Source: Planctomycetota bacterium (GTDB lineage Bacteria; Planctomycetota; SZUA-567; JAKLDR01). Taken from it: a DNA stretch of 64,000 nucleotides. Within the stretch, counting starts at the first letter, position 1. Each line of letters begins with the position of its first letter. Position numbers and translations under genes: made by a program. Under the pieces are notes generated by a model that saw nothing but the letters and a program-made list of their open reading frames with translations, did not search any database and had not been told where the DNA came from. This document shows, piece after piece, positions 25,705-34,993 of the stretch. The stretch spans positions 23,884-87,883 of the forward strand of contig JAKLDR010000001.1 in the NCBI GenBank assembly GCA_022703445.1, in the 5' to 3' direction.

Positions 25705-28308
25705 ATGCACATGCTCGAGTTCCGGCACACCCAGCCCATTGACAAGGACGAGCGCAAGCTCGCCGGCCGCCGGGCCCAGGAGCGCTACCCAGAGGGCTAT
25801 CGCCCGCTGGCCGAACACCCGGCGCTTTTCTGCCGCGCGGGCGACCGCCAGAGGCTCCGGGCCCGGCTCGGCAAGCAGCCCTGGAAGGAATGGTACGAGA
25901 CGCTGCTCCGGCCGCTGGCCGAGCTGGCCCTGGCCGCGCGGGACCTGGCCGAGCTGCAGTCGCCGGGCTTCGCCCTGAAGGTCTTCCCGATCCGCGGGGC
26001 GAAGATCTCTCCGGTGCAGGCCATGGGCGACAACTGGAAGGCATCTGTCGCCAACTGCGCCCTGGTCGCCTTCCTGGAGGAGGACCGGCAGTTCCAGGCC
26101 AAGGCCAGGCAGCTGCTGCTTGAGGCCGCCGAGGCCAACTGGGGCGACGGCGGCTGGGGCGGCGAGGACTACGACATCGACAGCGGCTGGACCTTCGCCT
26201 GGATCTGGAACGCCGCGCTGGCCGTCGGCTACGACCTGGTGGCGGCCTCCTTCACGCCCGAGGAGCGGCGGCGCTTCGAGGCCCGGCTGGCCCGCGACCT
26301 GGAGTACTGCCAGACCGACCCGCTCAGCCCGCGCTACAACCCGTCCTGGGTGGGCACGACCTTCATGGGCGTGGCCGCGCTGCTCCTGGGTCGCGAGGAC
26401 TATGTCCGCAAGGTCGAGGCCTACCTCGACCAGTACGTCGACCAGGTGCTCTGGGGCGAGGGCGAGTACTTCGAGGGCGGCGGCTACCAGACCTGCATGG
26501 AGTCTCCGGCCATCCTGCTCATGTCCGCAATCCGCAACGTGACCGGCCGCAACCCGGCGGCCAACCAGCGCTGGGCCATGCGCGCCGAGCACTGGATCCG
26601 CCGGGCCGGGCCGCTGGGCACCGACGCGACCCACAGCGACGCCGGCCTGGTTGCGCCGACGGCCCAGCTGCTCCTGGCCTCGATTCCGTTCCTGCCTCCC
26701 GAGGTCGCCGGCTGGGCGGTCTGGATGTACGAGCGCATCGGCGACCCGGGCTGGCTCCCGCTCCGCGGCAGCGACGACGAGCGCCGCCGCGGCGTCGACC
26801 GGCCCTCGACCATGGGAGACCGCTCCGAACCGGAGCGCCGGCGGCGTTACCCCTATGGCGTCTGGGCGGAGCCGTCCTTCTGGCTGATGACGCCGGACCC
26901 GCTGCCGGCGCCGGTCGAGCCGCCGGCCGGCAGCTACGTCGCCAGGAATGCGGGCCTGGGGTGCCTGCGCACCGACTGGTCGATGGCGTCGATGCACACC
27001 TGCCTCTTCGCCCCGCGCTTCTACGGCAGCCCGCACTCCCACTGGGACTCGCTGACCTTCGACTTCTGGGCCCACGGCGCGTACCTGGTCAAGAACGTTG
27101 GCTACCACGAGCTCTTCTACCCGGCGCCGCACATCCCGGGACATCTCCACGCGGCGCTCGGAGCGAAGCCCGCGCCGACGCCGATCCAGCCGCCGGCGCC
27201 CTGGACGACCTGGCAGGGCTGGGACGCGCAGCGCTGTTTCCGGATGGCCCCGGAGATGCACAACATCCCGACCGTCGACGGCGGCGGCGGCAACCACTGG
27301 ACCAGCCGCGCCGACCCGCTGCACTTCGTGGTCAACACCGGTTGGGTCCAGGCGCTGCGGGCCGACGGCGGGATCGCCGGCTCCTACACGCGCATCGGCC
27401 AACTGGGCACCGACGCCAAGGTGGTGCGCGCGCTCGTCCAGGTGGAGCCGGCGCCGGGGATGCCCGGATACCTGGTGGTGGTCGACGACGTCGTGCCGGT
27501 CGAGAATCCCGAGGCGCGCTGCGACTGGTTCCTGCACCCGCGCGGGGAAATAAAGGGGTCAGGCCCCTTTACCCGCCCGGCGGAGCCGGGACGGCCTGAA
27601 GGGCGCTGCGCGGTAAAGGGGCCTGACCCCTTTATTTCCTGGACCACCTGCGACTTCCTCAACTTCCCGCCCAAGGACGTGAGCCTGGAGGTCCGCCTGC
27701 CCCCTGAGGGGTTGGAGTGCACACTCAAGCCCGATGGACACCACCTCGTCGGCGGCTCCTTCCAGCCCGGCGAGTACCTCGATGTCAGTTGGCGAGGACC
27801 GCGGCGCTTCTGGGCGGTGCTCCGACCGGCGGCCGAGGGCCAGGAGCTTCCGTCGGCCGAGGACCTGTCCGGCAACCTCGGCCTGCGCATCGGCGGCCCG
27901 GGCGGCGATCTGCTCCTGGTCCGCCCGATCAGGGAGAAAGAGCTGAGCTTCGGGGGCATCCGCTCCGACGCGGGCGCCCTGCTGACCCGCGACGGCGGAC
28001 GGGGTTTCTACCTGGTGGACCACGCGACGCGGGCCAGCCTGTCCGACGGCGCGGGCGGCCAGCTCGGCTTCGAGGCGTCCGCGCCGGTGATGCTCACCGC
28101 CCGCGCCGGGTGCGGGACGGTCTTCGCGGACCGGCCCCACAAGCAGCCGACGCCGATGGTGCCGGTGAAGCTCGCCGTCCGCGATCCGCGGCTGGTGGTC
28201 GGCGGAACCGTGACGCTCGACGGTCGGCCGGCGGGGAAGTGCTCGGCCGGCGGATTCGAGATCGTGATCGAAAGCCCCGGCATGCATCGATGGGAGGTGT
28301 CCAAGTGA
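25705..28308 (+). CDS. Heparinase II/III-like (alpha/alpha toroid + beta-sandwich) putative polysaccharide lyase, no signal peptide
   Basis: The helical N-half has W-rich repeats. GSPHSHWDSLTFDFWAHGAYLVKNVGY resembles the H-x-H-x-D..sF motif of the heparinase II/III C-domain, followed by NIPTVDGGG. The family call is from motif memory. The CDS contains the in-frame palindromic element at 27546..27639. Confidence 0.75.
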   Translation: MHMLEFRHTQPIDKDERKLAGRRAQERYPEGYRPLAEHPALFCRAGDRQRLRARLGKQPWKEWYETLLRPLAELALAARDLAELQSPGFALKVFPIRGAKISPVQAMGDNWKASVANCALVAFLEEDRQFQAKARQLLLEAAEANWGDGGWGGEDYDIDSGWTFAWIWNAALAVGYDLVAASFTPEERRRFEARLARDLEYCQTDPLSPRYNPSWVGTTFMGVAALLLGREDYVRKVEAYLDQYVDQVLWGEGEYFEGGGYQTCMESPAILLMSAIRNVTGRNPAANQRWAMRAEHWIRRAGPLGTDATHSDAGLVAPTAQLLLASIPFLPPEVAGWAVWMYERIGDPGWLPLRGSDDERRRGVDRPSTMGDRSEPERRRRYPYGVWAEPSFWLMTPDPLPAPVEPPAGSYVARNAGLGCLRTDWSMASMHTCLFAPRFYGSPHSHWDSLTFDFWAHGAYLVKNVGYHELFYPAPHIPGHLHAALGAKPAPTPIQPPAPWTTWQGWDAQRCFRMAPEMHNIPTVDGGGGNHWTSRADPLHFVVNTGWVQALRADGGIAGSYTRIGQLGTDAKVVRALVQVEPAPGMPGYLVVVDDVVPVENPEARCDWFLHPRGEIKGSGPFTRPAEPGRPEGRCAVKGPDPFISWTTCDFLNFPPKDVSLEVRLPPEGLECTLKPDGHHLVGGSFQPGEYLDVSWRGPRRFWAVLRPAAEGQELPSAEDLSGNLGLRIGGPGGDLLLVRPIREKELSFGGIRSDAGALLTRDGGRGFYLVDHATRASLSDGAGGQLGFEASAPVMLTARAGCGTVFADRPHKQPTPMVPVKLAVRDPRLVVGGTVTLDGRPAGKCSAGGFEIVIESPGMHRWEVSK
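27546..27639. repeat. 94-bp nested palindromic (REP/MITE-like) element inserted in frame within a CDS
   Basis: Perfect 28-bp terminal inverted repeats: GGAAATAAAGGGGTCAGGCCCCTTTACC (27546..27573) and GGTAAAGGGGCCTGACCCCTTTATTTCC (27612..27639). Each arm is itself a hairpin (AAAGGGG-5nt-CCCCTTT) followed by a T/A run. The centre holds CCCGGC-gga-GCCGGG. The arms are AT-rich in a ~70% GC context. It translates as EIKGSGPFTRPAEPGRPEGRCAVKGPDPFIS. Confidence 0.85.
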
Positions 28309-29726
28309 GAACCGCAACCTTCGCAATTCTGGTCGCCGCCTTCGCGGGCCTCTGTCCGGCCGGCGAGCTCAAGCTCAGCTCGAGCGGCCCGCGCGAGGCG
28401 GCCGTCGAGCTGCCCGGCGGGACGGCCAAGCTCGTCCTGGTCAAAGGTTGGGGCCGGACCGTCGAGCCCAGGCCCGACGGCACCGCCTGGAAGGCCGAGG
28501 GCGAGAAGCTCCCGGCCATCGCCGCCAAGGCCGGCGATGGCTGGATCGAGTTTACGATTCCGCTCAAGCTCGACAAGGACGACCGCATCCGCATCTACCG
28601 CTTTGACCTGGACCTGTCCGGCGCCGCGCCCTGGGCCGATGCCGACGGCCAGAAGACCTTCCTGCGCCAGGGCCCGCAGTGGCAGAGCGCCGCCGGGCTG
28701 CTCGCCAAGCAGAAGCCGCTGCCGGCCGCGTGGGCCTGGCCGGTGGCCACCGGCCTCACCGGGCTCTACGAGAAATCCTTCAGCAAGTACGCGATGAGCT
28801 CGCACGACATCTGGACCGGCTTCGGCGACGAATGCTTCAAGGCGGTGGCCGACCCGCTCGCCACCGTCGACGTGAGCGCGGTCGCCCGGACCGACGGCGC
28901 CGGGCACGTCCTCGCCCTGGTTGCCGAGCGGGCCATCGCCGCCGGCTGGGAGGGCAACAGGCTCTCGCTCTGCGCGGTGCTGCGCGACGCCAAGGCCGGC
29001 CAGGACCGCCCGGTCCGGCTGCGGCTCTACTGCGGCCAGGGCCAGGTCGGGGACCTCGCCGGCAAGTGGGTCGCGGAGATGGACCGCGTGCCGCTGCGCG
29101 CGGTCTTCTGCGGCGACTCGGTCGGTGCCGAGGGCGGGGGCTACACCAGCCACCTCGCCGGCCGGCTCATCCAGGAGTTCGGCGAAAAGGTCCGGCCGCT
29201 CAACACCTCCCGGGGCGGCGCGACCACCAAGGAGTTCCTCGATGTCTGGCAGTTCCGGGTCATGGACTACTCTCCCAACCTGGCGGTCTTCCAGCTATGC
29301 TACAACGACGTCGGCCGGATCAAGCCCGAGGACGTGGCCGCGAACCTCCGGAAGATGGTCGACTCGGTGCTGGCCAATCCCGGGGGCCGGGCGGTGGTCT
29401 GTACCCCGCTGAGCTACGACAAGAAGCGCGTGGATGATACCATGGCCAAGGGCACGGACATCAACAAGGTCCACAGCGAGCAGTACATCCCGGCGCTGAA
29501 GAAGCTGGTGGCCGACTACGAGGCCGATCCCAAGACCAAGGGCAAGGTGGCCTTCGCGAACATCTGGGAGGCCATGGCCAAGGTCCGCGCCGAGAAGGGC
29601 GCCGACTACGTTCTCCTGCCCGACGGATCGCATCCCAACGCCGAGGGCCACAAGCTCCTGGCCGACACCATCTGGCCGGAGCTCAAGCGCCTGGCCGAGG
29701 CGGTGCTCAAGGAGCTGAACCGGTAG
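28290..29726 (+). CDS. Secreted SGNH/GDSL-family esterase with an uncharacterised N-terminal domain
   Basis: ORF 27717..29726 trimmed; possible starts are ATG 28290 or GTG 28305, the latter a GTGA overlap with the upstream stop. Signal peptide ILVAAFAGLCPAGE|LKL. SGNH blocks: FCGDSVG (I), SRGGATT (II), CYNDVG (III), DGSHPN (V). Confidence 0.8.
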   Translation: MGGVQVRTATFAILVAAFAGLCPAGELKLSSSGPREAAVELPGGTAKLVLVKGWGRTVEPRPDGTAWKAEGEKLPAIAAKAGDGWIEFTIPLKLDKDDRIRIYRFDLDLSGAAPWADADGQKTFLRQGPQWQSAAGLLAKQKPLPAAWAWPVATGLTGLYEKSFSKYAMSSHDIWTGFGDECFKAVADPLATVDVSAVARTDGAGHVLALVAERAIAAGWEGNRLSLCAVLRDAKAGQDRPVRLRLYCGQGQVGDLAGKWVAEMDRVPLRAVFCGDSVGAEGGGYTSHLAGRLIQEFGEKVRPLNTSRGGATTKEFLDVWQFRVMDYSPNLAVFQLCYNDVGRIKPEDVAANLRKMVDSVLANPGGRAVVCTPLSYDKKRVDDTMAKGTDINKVHSEQYIPALKKLVADYEADPKTKGKVAFANIWEAMAKVRAEKGADYVLLPDGSHPNAEGHKLLADTIWPELKRLAEAVLKELNR

Positions 29727-29943
29727 ACACCGCAGCGCGCAGTAGCCGGGGGACAAATCATGGACGGCTTCTCGCCGATGCCGAACGAGGAGCGCGGCGC
29801 GATAGGGAACAGGCCGATGCTTCTCGAGGGGAACCGCCCCGCCCGGATTTCCGGTCGCGCTCTTTGTTCGGAATTATCGAGCAATCCGGGCCCGGCCCGG
29901 GAGCTTATTGTGGAAGGAAGGGGCTCACGGTAGGACAGCCGCC

Positions 29944-32277
29944 ATGCGGACCGACGCCGAACTCCTGAGGGCCTACGCGGCGGCCGGCGACGAGCCGGCC
30001 TTCGCCGAACTCGTCTCCCGGCACGGCGCCATGGTCTACCGCTCCTGCCTGCGGGTCCTGGGCGACGAGCACGACGCCGAGGAATCCGCGCAGGCGGTCT
30101 TCGTGGTCCTGGCCCGCAAGGCGCGCTCCCTCCGGGAGGCGGGGAGCCTGGCGGCCTGGCTTCACGGGGTGGCCCGGAACATCTCGGCACGGCACCTGCG
30201 CGACAGGCTCCAGCGCGCCAGGCGGGAGGAGGCGGCGATCATGGTCCGGGCAGCCGGCGGCAGGGACGGGGGGGCGGGCGCGGGGGCCGAGTCTGGCCGG
30301 TCCGAGGTCCTGGCCGATCTCGACCGGGAAGTGGCGGCACTCCCGGTTGCCCAACGCCAGGCGGTGATCCTGCACTACCTCGAAGGGCTGTCCCATGAGC
30401 AGGCCGCCGAGGCTGCCAATTGCCCCCGCGGGACGCTCTCTCGGCGGGCCAGCGAGGGCTTGGAGCGCCTGCGCCAGCGGCTCTGCGGGCGCGGCCAGGT
30501 CCTGGGCTCGGCGGCCCTCGTCGGGCTGCTCGGCGCCGAGGCGGCCGCAGCCGTGCCGGCCACGCTTCTCCCTTCCATCGTGGCGGTCTCGAAGTTCGCC
30601 GCGGCCGGAGCCGCGGGGGGGACGGCCGGGATCGTGGGTGCCGTGGGAGCGCAGCAGGCCGTAGCCCTGCAATTGGCGGAAGGAGCGATAAAGGCCATGT
30701 TCTGGGTCAAGATGAAGCTGGCGGCGGCGGTGCTGGTCGGGGCGGCCATGGCGGGCGCGGGCGGAACGGCCGTGATCATCGCCGCGGCGGAATCCCCGCA
30801 GGCCGAGGCGCCCAAAGCAGGAAGCCCGGAGCCCAAGTCATCCGTCTCCGAACAGGGCATCGGGTGCCAGGTTGTCGCCCTGCTCGGCGGCGGCAAGGTG
30901 ACGCTCTCGGCCGGTGCGGAGCAGGGCGTCAGGCCCCGCTTCGAGCTGGACGTGGAGCGTGACGGCAAGAAGGTCGCTACGCTCAGGATTACCGCGGTCG
31001 AGCCAAAGAGCTCGACGGCTGAGCTGGTCAGCGCCACCGGCGAACTGAAAGTCGGCGACAAGGCCCGGACGCGGTTCGGGACGGTGCTGACGCAGCCGCC
31101 GGCCGAGCCCGAAGCCGCCAAACCGGTGATGTTCGGCGAAAAGGACAATGGCTCCCGGGTTCGCATGCCGGCCGGCCAGGTATTCGAAATCCGCCTGCAG
31201 GGCAGGGAGGCAGGTACGGGGTGGGAGTTCGAGAGCCTGGCAGAGGCGAAAGACCAGGCCGCGCGGGAAAGCGGCACCATCATCGACGGCAAGCTGTTTG
31301 TCCGGGACAGCGATATCCTGGCGCGGGAGCGCAGCACAGATTTTGAGCCCGCCGCCGGGGCGACGGATCAAGCCATCGGCACCTACATCGGCCGGTACCG
31401 CACGCTCAAGCCCGGCGTGGCCGTGATCCGCGGCGTGTATGTCCGCCCCGGTGGGCACGGCTTCTCCGGACTCCGGGGAAAGACGGCGCTGCGCGGAGAG
31501 TACAAGCTGACGGTCGAGGTCGTCGCGGCAGCCCCCGCGGCCGGCGGAGAGGCGGTGAACGGGATCAAGCTGGTGCTGATCCCCCGCAAGGCGACGCACA
31601 AGCTCCAGGAGACCTGGGAGTTCGACGCCAGGGCTGTCAATGTCCGCAAGGAGCCCCTGAGCCTGGATTACTACGACCAAAGGCTCAGGCTGGAAGTGCG
31701 TGGCCCGGCCGGGCAGGTTACCCAAGTGCCCAGAACTGCTATAGTCCGCGACGCCCGGGCAATCAAGAAAGACGGGCATTTTGCCGTGGTGGCTCCCGGC
31801 GGCGAGCAGGACCTGAGTGTGAGTGCTTTGCCGGGCCTCTATGTCCCTGGCTTGCCCGCCATCCGGCTAACGCCCGGAAGCGACAAAGGCGACGGAAGTG
31901 GTGGTTGGCCGCCGATTCCCGCGGGTGACTACCGCGTCAAGGCCGTTCTGGAGAACAAGGGTCCCGACGACACCGCGGAGTACGGCGTTCGGGCCGAGGA
32001 ATGGATTGGCTCCGTGACCTCCAAAGAGGTGGTCATCAGGGTTCTGTCGCCGGAGGGCGCGGGGGCCGAGAAGCCCGCAGCCGGCGCGCCGGGCGAATCG
32101 AAGCCTAACCCCGACACAAGGAAGGGCTCCTCCCTGAAAGGGCTGGCCGACAGCCAGGAGGCCGACGGCTCCTGGGAGCCGCGCAGCAAGGCCGACATCG
32201 CCGGCGGGAAGGTCTACACCACTGCGCTGGGCGCCTTGACCCTGCAGATCTACCCCGGTTTCCGGCCGATGTATTGA
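29944..32277 (+). CDS. ECF sigma-70 factor fused to a transmembrane segment and a ~520-aa extracytoplasmic extension
   Basis: ORF 29908..32277 trimmed to MRTDAELLRAY. Region 2: FAELVSRHGAMVYRSCLRVLGDEHDAEESAQAVF. Region 4: LPVAQRQAVILHYLEGLSHEQAAEAANCPRGTLSRRASEGLERLR. Then AVPATLLPSIVA...LAEGAIKAMFWVKMKLAAAVLVGAAMAGAGG (TM helix). The extension includes a possible chagasin-like segment (RMPAGQVFEIRLQGREAGTGWEF; tentative) and a C-terminal QEADGSWEP..GKVYTTALGALTLQIY motif. Confidence 0.85.
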   Translation: MRTDAELLRAYAAAGDEPAFAELVSRHGAMVYRSCLRVLGDEHDAEESAQAVFVVLARKARSLREAGSLAAWLHGVARNISARHLRDRLQRARREEAAIMVRAAGGRDGGAGAGAESGRSEVLADLDREVAALPVAQRQAVILHYLEGLSHEQAAEAANCPRGTLSRRASEGLERLRQRLCGRGQVLGSAALVGLLGAEAAAAVPATLLPSIVAVSKFAAAGAAGGTAGIVGAVGAQQAVALQLAEGAIKAMFWVKMKLAAAVLVGAAMAGAGGTAVIIAAAESPQAEAPKAGSPEPKSSVSEQGIGCQVVALLGGGKVTLSAGAEQGVRPRFELDVERDGKKVATLRITAVEPKSSTAELVSATGELKVGDKARTRFGTVLTQPPAEPEAAKPVMFGEKDNGSRVRMPAGQVFEIRLQGREAGTGWEFESLAEAKDQAARESGTIIDGKLFVRDSDILARERSTDFEPAAGATDQAIGTYIGRYRTLKPGVAVIRGVYVRPGGHGFSGLRGKTALRGEYKLTVEVVAAAPAAGGEAVNGIKLVLIPRKATHKLQETWEFDARAVNVRKEPLSLDYYDQRLRLEVRGPAGQVTQVPRTAIVRDARAIKKDGHFAVVAPGGEQDLSVSALPGLYVPGLPAIRLTPGSDKGDGSGGWPPIPAGDYRVKAVLENKGPDDTAEYGVRAEEWIGSVTSKEVVIRVLSPEGAGAEKPAAGAPGESKPNPDTRKGSSLKGLADSQEADGSWEPRSKADIAGGKVYTTALGALTLQIYPGFRPMY

Positions 32278-32331
32278 GACATGAAGAAACCGCCGGAAGC
32301 CTGCGGCGAAATGCCGGCAGTCGTCCTGTCG

Positions 32332-34944
32332 TCAGGGCGTGATCGGAAACGTGGCTTTGGCCGCGTAGTCCGTGCGCAGCCTGACCACCCGAGCGTTTCC
32401 CGCATCGCCGACGTAGACGGCCCGGGAGCTGGCCGCCACGCTGCGGGCCGGGGCGAAGCGGATCGCCGGGCCGCGGTCGTCAGCGCTGCCCCTCTCGCCG
32501 AAAGACGTCAGGAAGTTGCCGTTGGCGTCCAGCACCTTGATGCGGCCGGCCAGGGCGTCGGGCACGTAGATCCGGGCGTGCTCGTCTAGGTCGAAGGCGG
32601 CGGCGCCGCACACGCAGGACTGCCCCGCCGAGCTGCTCCACACCTGGGCGGGCATCGGCGAGACCCCCAGGTACTGCCACAGCGCGCCGGTCAGCCGCAC
32701 CTGGCGGCGGTGCCAGGGGAACCACTGGATCTCCGGGGCCGGCGTCCACAGGTCTCCGACCGGCGCCGGAGCCTTCTTGTCGGTCCGCTCGTCCAGTCCC
32801 TCGATGCGGCCTCCGGAAGGCGGGAACTTGAACAGGCAGCCGTAGCTGTAGATCGGGCTGTCGAAGCGGCCCTGGTCGTCCATGTAGATGCACGAGCGCC
32901 GGAACGGGTCCGGCGCGGTGGCGGCCAGTTCGGCGGGGTAGGCGTAGCCGACCGGTTTCATGTTGTCGCCGACGTAGACGTTGCCGGCCCGGTCGGAGCG
33001 CACGCAGCTACCGCCCATCCGCAGGTGGGCGATGAGCCGCTTCTTGAGCAACTTGCCGTCGTGGTCGTAAACGTCGACGGCACAGGTCTTCAGGCTGGTC
33101 CGGTCCCAGCGGCTCGCGGGCAGTTCCTCCCGGCCGTCGTCAGCGTACATGACGTAGAGTTTGCCGTCCGGCCCGGCGCAGATCCCCTTCTGGCGCTGCC
33201 CCGATGAGCCTTCGAAAAGACCCTTCTGGATAATCTCGTTGCCGCCCAGAGCGGCGAAGTCGGCCGGCCGGCCGGCCCGGTCGTAGCGCAGGACGCTGGT
33301 CGTATAGTCCTGGTCCCAGTTGGAGATGTAGAGCAGGCCATCGGGCCCGACGGACATCTCGGAGCCGCGGATGCCCTTGCCGGTGCGAGGCAGCTTCCAG
33401 ACGGGGAGCGCCTCGCCCTTCCCGGTGGCCCCGTCGAACCGCCAGAGCTTCCAGAGCCCGTTGTCGCGGACGTAAACTTCGTCACGCGCCCGGTCGAGGG
33501 AGAGATGGCGGGCGGTCTGGAGCGCCGCCTGGGCATACTTGAGCAGATTGACCGGCGCGGCGAACCTGTCGCCCAGGTCATCGACCCGGACCAGGACCCA
33601 GTCCCCGCCGCTCGACCCGACGTAGACCCGCGCCTGCTCCCCGGAGGAGTCCAGCGCGCCGGTCAGGGTGAACTTCGGCAGGGCCTCCCCGGACTTCTTC
33701 TGGACGAACGGCGGGTCCAGCGTCAGGCGCGCGAGCTCCTTGCCGTCGGGCGAGAACTTGAACAGCGTCGCCGACTGCCAGAAGCTGTGCCCCTCCCAGC
33801 GGGGGATGGTCTTCTCCGGGCCGCTCAGGACGTACAGGTCGCCGGTCCGCGGATGGACATAAACCTCCTGGGGGCTCGGCACCTTGATCTCGCGGAGCGG
33901 GATGGCCTCGCGGTCCCACACCCCGATGCGGTTGTTGCCGTAGTCGGCGACGTAGACGTTGCCCCGTCCGTCGGTGGCCAGTCCCTTGGGGTCCCGGACG
34001 TTCGAGCCGCCGGCGCCGGCGTTCTCGTTCTCGCCGAGGAAGACCTCGCCCGCCTGGCGCCCCTGGAGGTCCAGCCGCGTGACGATGTGCTGGACGCCGG
34101 CCAGCCGGCCGACGGCCGAGTCCTCGTGGCCCCACATCTGACCGGCGGCGTAGAGCCACCGGCCGTCCGGCGACAGCGCCAGCCGGATGAAGCCCACGTC
34201 GCCCTTCGGGCTGAGCAGCCACCGGTCGGGTGGGGTCGAGACCGCTCCGTCGGGGCCGATGCGCGCCGCCCGCCGGGCGTCGCCGTAGCCCTGCACGACG
34301 AAGGCGGCCCCGTCAGGCGCCAGCGCCATGCCCGTCCCCCGAACGGGGAGCCCGGCGCCGCCGGTCGACAGCCCCGCGCGCAGATACTCCCCGTTCCGGT
34401 TCAGCACCAGCAGCCGCCCGCCGGCCAGGAGGCAAAGTTCGCCGCGGGCGTTGACGGCCAGGGCCTGCACGGAGGCGATTCCGGACAGCGGATGCCAGCC
34501 GAGAACCTTGTCGAACCGGGGAGTCAGGCCGAGGCCGACGCGTACCTGCCAGGGGCCTCCGGTTGCTGGCCGCCCGCGGTCGTCCGTGCGGTCCCAGAGC
34601 AGCGACTGCCTCAGGCTGTTCCTGGCCAGCGGCTCGGGGGCGTTCGGGCCGAGCAGCCCGGCGGCCAGGTGGCGCACGACCCGGCCGCCATTGTCCAGGA
34701 CCTCCACGGCCACGTCGGTGACTCGGTCCGGCTCGAACTCGATGCGGGCGTTCGCGCCATCGACCCTGGCGGTCGGCCGGGCACTGAATTCCGGGACCCC
34801 CGCGGGCGGGGGAATCCGCACGCCGCTGTCAGCATTGGCCTGCACCGGGGTCGCCTCGGGGGCACAGCCCCAAAACGTCGTTGCCGCGCACAACATCGCG
34901 CCCGCCGCGATTAACATCAATCTCAGCCATCTCGCATTTCTCAA
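32332..34944 (-). CDS. Secreted (possibly lipoprotein) NHL-type beta-propeller family protein, paralog d
   Basis: 870-aa ORF with signal MLIAAGAMLCAATTFWGCAPE. Ig-like domain: IEFEPDRVTDVAVEVLDNGGRVVRHLAAGLLG. NHL blade: VRDPKGLATDGRGNVYVADYGNNRIGVWD. CxC segment: SCVCGAAAFDLDEHARIYVPDALAGRIKVLDAN. Tail: YAAKATFPITP. Confidence 0.9.
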   Translation of the reverse strand: MRNARWLRLMLIAAGAMLCAATTFWGCAPEATPVQANADSGVRIPPPAGVPEFSARPTARVDGANARIEFEPDRVTDVAVEVLDNGGRVVRHLAAGLLGPNAPEPLARNSLRQSLLWDRTDDRGRPATGGPWQVRVGLGLTPRFDKVLGWHPLSGIASVQALAVNARGELCLLAGGRLLVLNRNGEYLRAGLSTGGAGLPVRGTGMALAPDGAAFVVQGYGDARRAARIGPDGAVSTPPDRWLLSPKGDVGFIRLALSPDGRWLYAAGQMWGHEDSAVGRLAGVQHIVTRLDLQGRQAGEVFLGENENAGAGGSNVRDPKGLATDGRGNVYVADYGNNRIGVWDREAIPLREIKVPSPQEVYVHPRTGDLYVLSGPEKTIPRWEGHSFWQSATLFKFSPDGKELARLTLDPPFVQKKSGEALPKFTLTGALDSSGEQARVYVGSSGGDWVLVRVDDLGDRFAAPVNLLKYAQAALQTARHLSLDRARDEVYVRDNGLWKLWRFDGATGKGEALPVWKLPRTGKGIRGSEMSVGPDGLLYISNWDQDYTTSVLRYDRAGRPADFAALGGNEIIQKGLFEGSSGQRQKGICAGPDGKLYVMYADDGREELPASRWDRTSLKTCAVDVYDHDGKLLKKRLIAHLRMGGSCVRSDRAGNVYVGDNMKPVGYAYPAELAATAPDPFRRSCIYMDDQGRFDSPIYSYGCLFKFPPSGGRIEGLDERTDKKAPAPVGDLWTPAPEIQWFPWHRRQVRLTGALWQYLGVSPMPAQVWSSSAGQSCVCGAAAFDLDEHARIYVPDALAGRIKVLDANGNFLTSFGERGSADDRGPAIRFAPARSVAASSRAVYVGDAGNARVVRLRTDYAAKATFPITP

Positions 34945-34993
34945 GGTCGCTCTCCCTATCCTTCAAGTCTTCGCCCGAACCGAAGCCCACCAA

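Noticed and set aside
22510-27537. 1675-aa ORF on the minus strand, the longest ORF in the track
   Set aside because: It is antisense to NHL paralog c and the heparinase-like gene. It ends exactly at the AT-rich palindromic element, which supplies the first stop codons. Shadow ORF.
29830-29856. Candidate ECF-type promoter GGAAC-N16-CCGGTC upstream of the sigma-fusion gene
   Set aside because: The match is too degenerate in a GC-rich background. It cannot be distinguished from chance without the group-specific consensus.
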